Source of the DNA: a virus
Virus record (IMG/VR): IMGVR_UViG_3300030060_007423
Span: 32,001-96,000 of that record
Direction: 5' to 3' (one strand)
DNA length: 64,000 bases
Shown here: in pieces, positions 25,525 through 33,288 of the stretch
Numbering within the stretch: the stretch's first letter is position 1
How the letters are laid out: each line of letters begins with the position of its first letter
Program-made: the position numbers and the translations under genes
Notes under the pieces: generated by a model
The model's database searches: none
What the model saw: the letters and a program-made list of their open reading frames with translations, nothing else
What the model was told of the DNA's origin: nothing

Positions 25525-26394
25525 ATGAGAAAATATTGGTCAGTACCAAAAACCGAGTCAGGTAGATACAGCGGTTTACATGAAGCTTTTTATTGGGAAT
25601 TACAAAATATTGTGAATCAACGAAACACAGTAAAAAGTCGTGGAACAAATCAAAAAGAAGTATTGTTTAGAAGTTTTATTATTGATGACCCAACAAATCT
25701 AGGAATTTGGTGGCCAAGTAGAAAATTTAATGAAACATATACATTAGCAGAATTTCTTTGGTATTTGTCAAGAAACCCAAATGCAACTAATATTGGTAAA
25801 TTTGCAAGAATTTGGTTAAACATTAAAGACAACGAGGATAATGTAGAATCAAATTATGGCTGTTATGTTTTTGGAAATCAATGGAACTGGTCTGTAAATG
25901 AATTAACAAAAGACAAGGATAGTCGGCGTGCAACATTTGTTATAGGACAACCATATCATAAAACAAAAAATCCAAATGATATACCATGTACACAATACTT
26001 ACAGTTTTTTATAAGAAATAATAAACTTCATATGGGAGTAAGTATGAGAAGTAATGATATTATTTTTGGAATGTCAAATGATATTTTTATATTTTGTTTA
26101 TTTCAACAATTAATGTATAATGAATTAAAACAAGTATACTCAGATTTAGAACTTGGTTCATATTATCACCATGCAGGAAGTTTACACTTGTATGAAATGC
26201 ACAATGAAATGGCAAATAATATTTTAGTTATTGACGGTGAGGATACTGAATATTATGGAAAGCATTATAAATTAAAAGAACATATAACATTAGATTATAT
26301 ACAACAAACTAAAATGTATTTACCAACTAAAGATATGACAAAAGAAGAAATTGGTGAATATGCAAATGATATTAGTAAAAGTTTATTTATATGA
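25525..26394 (+). CDS. Thymidylate-synthase-family dCMP-modifying enzyme (dCMP hydroxymethylase-like)
   Basis: SNYG, DSRRA, DIPCT (catalytic Cys), MRSNDIIFGMSND with Asp at the dCMP-specificity position, GSLHLYE. Confidence 0.85.
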   Translation: MRKYWSVPKTESGRYSGLHEAFYWELQNIVNQRNTVKSRGTNQKEVLFRSFIIDDPTNLGIWWPSRKFNETYTLAEFLWYLSRNPNATNIGKFARIWLNIKDNEDNVESNYGCYVFGNQWNWSVNELTKDKDSRRATFVIGQPYHKTKNPNDIPCTQYLQFFIRNNKLHMGVSMRSNDIIFGMSNDIFIFCLFQQLMYNELKQVYSDLELGSYYHHAGSLHLYEMHNEMANNILVIDGEDTEYYGKHYKLKEHITLDYIQQTKMYLPTKDMTKEEIGEYANDISKSLFI

Positions 26395-26675
26395 AAAAGA
26401 AAGAATCAATATTAAAAAGAGCAGACGGTATAATCAATAACCGTTCAGAAGAAAAAGAAAGAAAATACGGACCATTTAGCGAAGGCATGGAAAGAGCAGC
26501 TAAAATTGCAAGTGGTATGACAGGAAAAGACTTTGTAGCAGAAGATATGTACGCTGCACTAGTTGCACTAAAATTATCAAGACACTCATATAACTATAGG
26601 GAAGATAATCTACTTGATGCTGTTGCGTATTTAGGAGGTTTGGATAACTATATAAAGGAAAATAAAAATGGCTAG
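26391..26675 (+). CDS. DUF6378-like protein
   Basis: R...YGPF...A.I...LVALKLSR...EDNLLDAVAY pattern. Confidence 0.75.
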   Translation: MKKKESILKRADGIINNRSEEKERKYGPFSEGMERAAKIASGMTGKDFVAEDMYAALVALKLSRHSYNYREDNLLDAVAYLGGLDNYIKENKNG

Positions 26676-26853
26676 AAAAATAGTAAGAAAATGGAACCCA
26701 GATTATAAAAAAGCATGGGTAAGGGTAGCTTTACAAAATGCATTAAGTACAATAGATTATGGTGAGCTATCAACCGCAAGTAAAAGACTTATATCTCAAG
26801 TACTAGCAGAATGTGATATAAAGGCAAAGGAAAAAGAGGAGATGGTAAAATGA
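26668..26853 (+). CDS. Hypothetical protein
   Basis: 61 aa, overlaps both neighbours. Confidence 0.6.
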   Translation: MARKIVRKWNPDYKKAWVRVALQNALSTIDYGELSTASKRLISQVLAECDIKAKEKEEMVK

Positions 26854-27287
26854 AAATATCAAAAGTAAGAGAAGTAAAAACACCAATAAGAGCAAATAGT
26901 ACAGACGCAGGAATAGATTTTTTTGTACCTGAAGACACAAAGAGATTCACATTATCACCAGGAGATTCTTGTCTTATTCCATCAGGTGTAAAAGTAAATG
27001 TACCTGAAGGGTTTGCTTTAGTAGCATTTAATAAATCAGGAGTTGCAGTTAAAAAATCTTTACATGTTGGGGCATGTGTAGTTGACTGTGGCTATCAAGG
27101 AGAAGTTCACATTAATCTAACAAATGTTGGTGATTGTGAAACTGATATAAATCCCGGTGATAAAATAGTTCAGTTTGTATTATTACCTTTAGGCAATCCT
27201 AAAGTAGAATTGGTAGAAGAAAGCAACTTATATGAATCAGAATCTTCAAGAGGTGAAGGAGGATTTGGAAGTACTGGGACTAAATAA
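26850..27287 (+). CDS. dut: Trimeric dUTPase
   Basis: AGIDF, KSG, VVDCGYQGEV, GDKIVQ, RGEGGFGSTG. Confidence 0.95.
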   Translation: MKISKVREVKTPIRANSTDAGIDFFVPEDTKRFTLSPGDSCLIPSGVKVNVPEGFALVAFNKSGVAVKKSLHVGACVVDCGYQGEVHINLTNVGDCETDINPGDKIVQFVLLPLGNPKVELVEESNLYESESSRGEGGFGSTGTK

Positions 27288-27673
27288 TGAGTGGATTAGA
27301 TAACAGACCAAAGACAATATTTTGTGATATAGATGGTACACTAGTAAAACACATGGCGCCATCAGAGGCAACATCTCCATATAACAAAATGGAAGTAATA
27401 CCTGGAACAATTGAAAAATTATTAGAGTGGGAAAGAAAAGGTTACAATATAATTTTAACAACTGGTAGAAAAGCATGTATGAGAAAACAAACTGAAAATC
27501 AACTTGCTGAGGCTGGGATAGTTTATGACCAATTAGTAATGGGATTTGGTGGTGGTGCAAGATACTTGATAAATGATATGAAAACAGATGGAAGAAATGC
27601 CACTGCATTTGCAATAAACCTTAAAAGAAATACAGAAGGAATAAAGGATATAAATTTAGACCTTCCGTACTAA
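27287..27673 (+). CDS. Small capless HAD-family phosphatase
   Basis: FCDIDGTL, LTTGR, YDQLVMG, LIND. Confidence 0.85.
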   Translation: MSGLDNRPKTIFCDIDGTLVKHMAPSEATSPYNKMEVIPGTIEKLLEWERKGYNIILTTGRKACMRKQTENQLAEAGIVYDQLVMGFGGGARYLINDMKTDGRNATAFAINLKRNTEGIKDINLDLPY

Positions 27674-27684
27674 TTGAGATAGTT

Positions 27685-27906
27685 ATGATAATAAGAACAA
27701 CTAATAAAAATAATAAATACGAGTATTCAAAGTATAAACCAGGCGATGTGTTTGAAGTAATAAATGATTTTGGTGAATACTATACTGCAAGATTTTTGTC
27801 AGGTAGTAAAGCAGATGATATATGTGCAGTTAAAAAAACAGATTGTGTACAGGTGCATTTAGGTAGTTATAAAACTCCAGGCCCAGAAACAATGACAACA
27901 GATTAA
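27685..27906 (+). CDS. Hypothetical protein (SH3-like)
   Basis: 73 aa; YKPGDVFEV. Confidence 0.6.
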   Translation: MIIRTTNKNNKYEYSKYKPGDVFEVINDFGEYYTARFLSGSKADDICAVKKTDCVQVHLGSYKTPGPETMTTD

Positions 27907-27907
27907 T

Positions 27908-29491
27908 ATGAATAACACAACAGTAATAATACCAGCAGCTGGGTTGGCAACAAGAATGAGGCCACTTTCAAGTAACATGTCAAAGGCAATGATACCTGTT
28001 TGTGGTAAACCTATTATTTCATACATCATAGATGAATTATTAAAATATGATAGTGTAAATGAAATAATCATTGTTGAAAATAAATTGCATGATATTAGTG
28101 AGTTTGTTAAATCTACATATTCATTTGTTGAAAACACATTTAAGTTTGTTGAACAAAAAAACCCTAAAGGGCCACTCCATGCAATTGAAGTAGGTTGGAA
28201 AAAATCAACAAAGAAAGACAACTCTATATTGGTCTGGTTAGGTGATACTATTTGTCGTGATAAATTAAATTTTGATAGTCCAGGATTTTTAGGTGTATCA
28301 AAAATTGAGCAAAAATCAAGATGGTGTTTAGTTGATAGTGACGGTAAAACATTTTATGATAAACCTGATACAGATGTACCAACAGATTCTGCTCTTATTG
28401 GTTTATATTATTTCAATGATAGAAAATGGTTTAATGACTCCATTAAGAAAGGAATGAATAAACCTCAACATAAAGGTGAACATCAAATAGCTGCACTACT
28501 TTCAGAATATCTTACCTATATACCTAAATTTGAGCTATTAGATACTAAAGAATGGTATGATTGTGGTGAATTAAAAACGTATTATGAATCAACAGCCCGT
28601 TTAATGCAAGGTTCATCTAGAGAGTTCAATACACTTGAGATAGATACATTTTTAGGTACAATTACTAAAAAGGCAACTGGCGATAAAGCACTTAAGATTG
28701 AGAAAGAAAAGACTTGGTTTAGTACATTAAGTGATACACAACGGCTATTTGTACCACAAATTTTAGAATCTCAACATGGCGAAATGAAAATGTCATGGGA
28801 AGCAGGTACACCACTAAATGAAGTTTGGTTATATGAAAGAATGAATGCTGATACATGGATAGGTGTTACAAACTCAGTGTTAGATATATACCACAAAGTA
28901 TTCTATAATTCAGGAAAAGAAAGACTTGCAGATTGCTATGAAATGTATATTCAAAAAAATATGGATAGATTAGATAGTGATATGTATAGTGATTTTGTGG
29001 CAAAGGATACTGCAAAAAATTTCATTAAATCTTCAGGCCTTAGATTATTAAAGACAACTAAATGGAGTAATAGAATTCATGGTGATTTACATTTAGGTAA
29101 TATGTTGTTTAATAGTCATAATGGTAGAATTAAGTTACTAGACCCAAGAGGCCATTTTGGAATGTCAGAGTTTTCTGGTGATTCACAATATGATATGGGT
29201 AAATTAATGCATGATTGGTACTGTGGATATATGATGATATTATCTGGAAGATATCACATTGAAGGCTCAGATGTAATACTACATTGGGATGAAGAAAAAA
29301 GAAATAAAATATTAGTTAATATGCTAATTAAAATGAAAGGTTATGGGTATGATGTTGAAAATATTAAGAGACTTTCAATAATGTTATTTTTAACATGTAT
29401 CCCATTTCACCAAGACAATCCAGAAAGATGTAGAGCTTTTTGGTTACGAGCAATGAATTTAATATATAGGGAATTTAGAAATGAAAAATGA
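27908..29491 (+). CDS. Sugar-phosphate nucleotidyltransferase fused to an aminoglycoside/choline-kinase-like domain
   Basis: N-terminal IPAAGLATRMRP...KAMIPV.GKP, WLGD, GLYYF, WYDCG; C-terminal HGDLHLGN, LLDPRG, YDMGK. Confidence 0.88.
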   Translation: MNNTTVIIPAAGLATRMRPLSSNMSKAMIPVCGKPIISYIIDELLKYDSVNEIIIVENKLHDISEFVKSTYSFVENTFKFVEQKNPKGPLHAIEVGWKKSTKKDNSILVWLGDTICRDKLNFDSPGFLGVSKIEQKSRWCLVDSDGKTFYDKPDTDVPTDSALIGLYYFNDRKWFNDSIKKGMNKPQHKGEHQIAALLSEYLTYIPKFELLDTKEWYDCGELKTYYESTARLMQGSSREFNTLEIDTFLGTITKKATGDKALKIEKEKTWFSTLSDTQRLFVPQILESQHGEMKMSWEAGTPLNEVWLYERMNADTWIGVTNSVLDIYHKVFYNSGKERLADCYEMYIQKNMDRLDSDMYSDFVAKDTAKNFIKSSGLRLLKTTKWSNRIHGDLHLGNMLFNSHNGRIKLLDPRGHFGMSEFSGDSQYDMGKLMHDWYCGYMMILSGRYHIEGSDVILHWDEEKRNKILVNMLIKMKGYGYDVENIKRLSIMLFLTCIPFHQDNPERCRAFWLRAMNLIYREFRNEK

Positions 29492-30752
29492 AAACATTAA
29501 AGTAGCTATCTTTGTTTTAGGTGGTGCAATTAAATTTGTAAAGAAGAATCTTAAACGTGCTGATGGAACTAATGAGTATTATAAACTTATAAAGTCACTC
29601 TGTGCTAATCCAAAAATTGGTGAAGTACTAATTATTCAAAAAAGTGATTGGGGAAAACTTGACGATGAGTTAAAACAAGAATATGACCCACGTGGAGTTT
29701 TAAGATATATCTATGATGAATTAGACCCAAAGGATATTAGACCTGATAAGGGTGAAGATATGCAATTGACATTAAACTATCAAAAGCTTGATGAATATCT
29801 AAATCACGATGAAACAAAACCAGATTTTGGTTTAGGATTTATTGGACCTGGTTATATGACAAATAATGTTATACCAAATTTTTTAGATGGTGTTCGTGAT
29901 CCTAGTTCAAAAGTAAAACTTTTAGGTATGACATATAATTATTCTTCACCAATTGTACACTACTTAAATAAATCAGACCTTCCTTGGTTTATGATATGTA
30001 CAGATCCAAGATATACAAAGCCAACATTCAAAGCAAAGGATACTGTAAACTATCCAAAAGAAATAATTGCACAATACAACACAACAAGTATTTGGCACAG
30101 CTTAAAGGAATATAGAAACGATGCTGAATTTGAAGATAAGACATTAAATGTAAGATATAGTGGAATAGAAAAACTTAATCTTGTAGATGAAGAAATTATC
30201 AACCCAGATAATAGCAGACCTAATAAATTTACAATAGTTGCAATGCAAAGTGTAACAGGTCAAGCAACAAAGGACAAAAGGTTTGATGCAATTAAGGAAT
30301 GGATTCTTGACCGTGATACAAACCAAGAGGTTGAAATATATGGAAAATGGAAGGAACACTTTACAGATGGTTACCCACAATTTAAGGGATATGTTACACC
30401 AGCTGAAATAGACCAAAAGTTTAAGGAAACTAGGTATACATTAGTTGTACCAATTGGACCTGATTGGGTAACAAGCAAATATGCTGAGGTACTCTTAATG
30501 GGTGTTGTACCTTTTTTCCATCCAACATACGATACACAAGGAAATGTTTTACCACTTAATCACTTTTGTAGGGTTTCAAGTCCACAAGAATTTTATGATA
30601 AAATGAAATTCTTAGATGATGTCCCAGAAAAGAGAATACAATTGGTTAAATTATTACAGGACAATTTAATAAAAAATGTTACAGATGGATCATTTGTATA
30701 TGACATTGTAAATAAATCATTAGAAAACACAAATATAGGAGTTAGAATATGA
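29481..30752 (+). CDS. DNA glycosyltransferase, T4 beta-glucosyltransferase-like
   Basis: KVAIFVLG N-terminus, ICTDPR (like BGT FTDIR, catalytic Asp100), C-terminal WVTSKYAEVL..GVVPF....YDTQ...FCRVSSPQEF.DKM..L, which parallels the BGT C-terminus as recalled. Confidence 0.7.
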   Translation: MKNENIKVAIFVLGGAIKFVKKNLKRADGTNEYYKLIKSLCANPKIGEVLIIQKSDWGKLDDELKQEYDPRGVLRYIYDELDPKDIRPDKGEDMQLTLNYQKLDEYLNHDETKPDFGLGFIGPGYMTNNVIPNFLDGVRDPSSKVKLLGMTYNYSSPIVHYLNKSDLPWFMICTDPRYTKPTFKAKDTVNYPKEIIAQYNTTSIWHSLKEYRNDAEFEDKTLNVRYSGIEKLNLVDEEIINPDNSRPNKFTIVAMQSVTGQATKDKRFDAIKEWILDRDTNQEVEIYGKWKEHFTDGYPQFKGYVTPAEIDQKFKETRYTLVVPIGPDWVTSKYAEVLLMGVVPFFHPTYDTQGNVLPLNHFCRVSSPQEFYDKMKFLDDVPEKRIQLVKLLQDNLIKNVTDGSFVYDIVNKSLENTNIGVRI

Positions 30753-31972
30753 GCGAAATAAAATGGGCAACTATTATCCCACTTATAGGTGGTAGTGCAA
30801 TAGGTTGCAATATGACAACAAAAAATCAACCAGTAGGACACTTAACATATAATGCTTTTGCAGCAAATGAATCACATATTAGAAGACATTGGCCAGATGT
30901 ACCATATCATTCTTTAGATGAGGGAACTATTCCTAATTTAGGTTCTCTTGATTTTGTAAATAGTGTATGCCCATGTGCTGGGTTATCGATGTTAAATTCA
31001 TCTGCTATTGAAGGTAGTATTAATAAGAGAGGTAGTGATGCTGCACAGAATGAATGGATGTATAAATCAACTAGAGTTGTATTGGAAAATTATAAACCTA
31101 AAGTATTATGGGGTGAAAATGCACCGGGACTATTTACCAAGCTTGGTGAAGGCGTAGTTGAAAAATTAAAAGCTATTGGAAAGGAATATGATTATAGTTT
31201 TTCAATGATTAAAACAAATACAGAATTACATGGTATACCACAAAGAAGAATTAGAACATTTTACTTTTTTTGGAAAGGTACTAAGCCACCTATATTTGAT
31301 TGGTATAAAAAAGACTGTAAAACATTAGCAGATTATTTAGCAGAAGTACCAGCTGATGCAAGTTGTCAAGATATGTTTATGGTACCAGGAACTGTAACTG
31401 ACCACTTTAAGCCATATCAGTTTATTCTTGAAAGAGAGGGTAAAACACATCAGGAATTTGTTGAATGGTGGAATCATGGAACGTTATATCAATACCTTGA
31501 AAAATATGAACTTGTACATGACTGTATTGATTGGTTAAAGAAATACCACCCAGAAGCAGGCTTTAGTAAAAAGAATGGTACAAATACATTTATCAGTATG
31601 TTAGAACATGTACTTAAAAAGAGGTCAATGGGATTAGGATATTGGGATAGTTCACCTCATATTTTTAGTAAATCATTTAATGCATTGATTGGTAGAAACA
31701 TGTTTAATGGTGTACACCCAACTGAAAATAGGTACTTAAATGTTAGAGAATTTTTACACTTAATGGGATTACCTCACGACTTTGCAATTGAAGATGTAAA
31801 GCAAGTAAATCATATTGCACAAAATGTACCAACATGTACTGCAAGAGATATGACTGAACAAGTTGTAAAATATATCAATGGTGAATTACAAACAGCAGAT
31901 GGCTATTTTGTAAAGCAAGACAATACGAATAGAAAAATTACACAAGAATCTTTACAAACGCAATTGTTTTAA
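30749..31972 (+). CDS. C5-cytosine DNA methyltransferase-family protein with atypical motif I
   Basis: IIPLIGG (motif I variant), VCPCAGLS (IV), GENAPG (VI), PQRRIRTF (VIII), RYLNVRE (IX), IAQNVP (X). Confidence 0.85.
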   Translation: MSEIKWATIIPLIGGSAIGCNMTTKNQPVGHLTYNAFAANESHIRRHWPDVPYHSLDEGTIPNLGSLDFVNSVCPCAGLSMLNSSAIEGSINKRGSDAAQNEWMYKSTRVVLENYKPKVLWGENAPGLFTKLGEGVVEKLKAIGKEYDYSFSMIKTNTELHGIPQRRIRTFYFFWKGTKPPIFDWYKKDCKTLADYLAEVPADASCQDMFMVPGTVTDHFKPYQFILEREGKTHQEFVEWWNHGTLYQYLEKYELVHDCIDWLKKYHPEAGFSKKNGTNTFISMLEHVLKKRSMGLGYWDSSPHIFSKSFNALIGRNMFNGVHPTENRYLNVREFLHLMGLPHDFAIEDVKQVNHIAQNVPTCTARDMTEQVVKYINGELQTADGYFVKQDNTNRKITQESLQTQLF

Positions 31973-31973
31973 C

Positions 31974-32201
31974 ATGTCACCAGAGGTTCAAAAAATAATA
32001 TATGAAGCGGCAATAAAGGCAGGTGATGAACTAAAAGGTAAATTACCTCCTCACCGCTTTCACCCAAAAGGTAGAAATTCATATGCACATGTTTTTGAAA
32101 GAATTAGAAGCAAAATGGGAAAGAGTTACAAACAATGTGATGATTCTGATGCAGAACAGATAATAAATCTCATAGAATACTATGTAAAGAATCCTTGTTA
32201 A
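31974..32201 (+). CDS. Hypothetical protein
   Basis: 75 aa; LPPH..HPKGRN.YAH motif. Confidence 0.7.
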   Translation: MSPEVQKIIYEAAIKAGDELKGKLPPHRFHPKGRNSYAHVFERIRSKMGKSYKQCDDSDAEQIINLIEYYVKNPC

Positions 32202-32236
32202 TAACTTTTTTCATATTTTAGTGAAAATAACTATGA

Positions 32237-32275
32237 AAATATTTTTATTTCCCAAATATTCTAGTTATATTTATA
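32237..32275 (+). promoter_or_regulatory. Class-1 promoter motif overlapping a class-2 core
   Basis: AAATATTTTTATTTCCCAAATATTCTAGTTATATTTATA. Confidence 0.7.
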
Positions 32276-32296
32276 TATAAATAATTAATAAAAGAT

Positions 32297-32518
32297 ATGA
32301 TAAAAAGCAAAAAAGACAAACCAAGACTACCTATTGAAATAGACCTAACAGGACCAGATGGTAATGTTTTTGTACTAATGGGTATGGCAAAAAGATTTGC
32401 TAAAGACTTAGGTTTAGATGGAAATAAAATAATTGAAGCAATGATGAGTAGTGATTATGAAAATGCTGTTAAAGTATTTGACAATAATTTTGGTTCATTT
32501 GTAACATTATATAGATAA
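32297..32518 (+). CDS. Small hypothetical phage protein
   Basis: 73 aa; IDLTGPDGNVFVLMG...MSSDYE motif. Confidence 0.75.
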   Translation: MIKSKKDKPRLPIEIDLTGPDGNVFVLMGMAKRFAKDLGLDGNKIIEAMMSSDYENAVKVFDNNFGSFVTLYR

Positions 32519-32524
32519 GAAAAT

Positions 32525-32890
32525 ATGAAAAATGAAATGACAGATGGAATGGTTTATTCCAAAGAAATGGGACATTATGTAGATGTAGTTGAATGGCTTC
32601 AACATGTAAAGAGTGTAGCTAATACATTAATACCTGGATTTCAATATGATATGAGATTTACATCTTGCACTGATGTTAATGGTAATACCACATATGAACC
32701 TTACATAAGAGTTGCAATGCAAGCTCATGGTGAAGCTATGGTTGAACTGTTTAGTGGTGAAGACATACATTCAGAATTGGATCTTTATGAAGATGAAGAC
32801 GGTGATGGAGAATATGGAAGACCAATTATTAGAAAGATTTGGTCAGTTAGATTACCTGGAATAAATTTAGATAGTCAAATAAGTATTTAA
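32525..32890 (+). CDS. Hypothetical acidic protein
   Basis: 121-aa ORF. Confidence 0.65.
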   Translation: MKNEMTDGMVYSKEMGHYVDVVEWLQHVKSVANTLIPGFQYDMRFTSCTDVNGNTTYEPYIRVAMQAHGEAMVELFSGEDIHSELDLYEDEDGDGEYGRPIIRKIWSVRLPGINLDSQISI

Positions 32891-32978
32891 CATTAAGTTG
32901 TTAATAACTTTATAAAAAACATAGCATTAATTAGGAAAAAATAGTTATATTTATTATATAAATCAAAATGGTTACAAT

Positions 32979-33167
32979 ATGAAAAATTTTATCAACAGTA
33001 CATTATTAGTTTTAAGCGGATTAGTTTGTCTATACCTTGCATACATTACAGGTACAGGCGAAATACTAAATTACATTAATTTTGCAGACCCTCTTAATGA
33101 AATGGGATTCTTTATGTGTCTTACTTCAATGGGTGGTGGTTTAGTTTATTGCGGATTTGCAAAATAA
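32979..33167 (+). CDS. Small membrane protein (two TM segments)
   Basis: 62 aa, two hydrophobic segments; GTTATATT at 32944 upstream. Confidence 0.6.
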   Translation: MKNFINSTLLVLSGLVCLYLAYITGTGEILNYINFADPLNEMGFFMCLTSMGGGLVYCGFAK

Positions 33168-33169
33168 AT

Positions 33170-33246
33170 GGTGGTGATAGCTCAATAGGTTAGAGCATTG
33201 GATTGTGGTTCCAAAGGTTGTGAGTTCGATTCTCATTTACCACCCA
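33170..33246 (+). tRNA. tRNA-His(GUG)
   Basis: G-1 at 33170; acceptor GTGGTGA/TTACCAC; D-arm GCTC/GAGC; anticodon arm TTGGA-TTGTGGT-TCCAA; T-arm GTGAG-TTCGATT-CTCAT; discriminator C. Confidence 0.95.
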
Positions 33247-33282
33247 AATAATTTTTATATATCAAAAAAAATAGTTATATTA
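33247..33282 (+). promoter_or_regulatory. Class-1 promoter motif
   Basis: AATAATTTTTATATATCAAAAAAAATAGTTATATTA; the polB ATG follows within 7 nt of TATATT. Confidence 0.7.
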
Positions 33283-33288
33283 TACTAT

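Noticed and set aside
25525-26394. Annotation as ordinary thymidylate synthase (thyA)
   Set aside because: The specificity residue is Asp rather than Asn, and the context includes a BGT-like glycosyltransferase.
33205-33288. ORF-track GTG start for polB
   Set aside because: Falls within the tRNA-His anticodon and the promoter motif; ATG 33289 is the plausible start.
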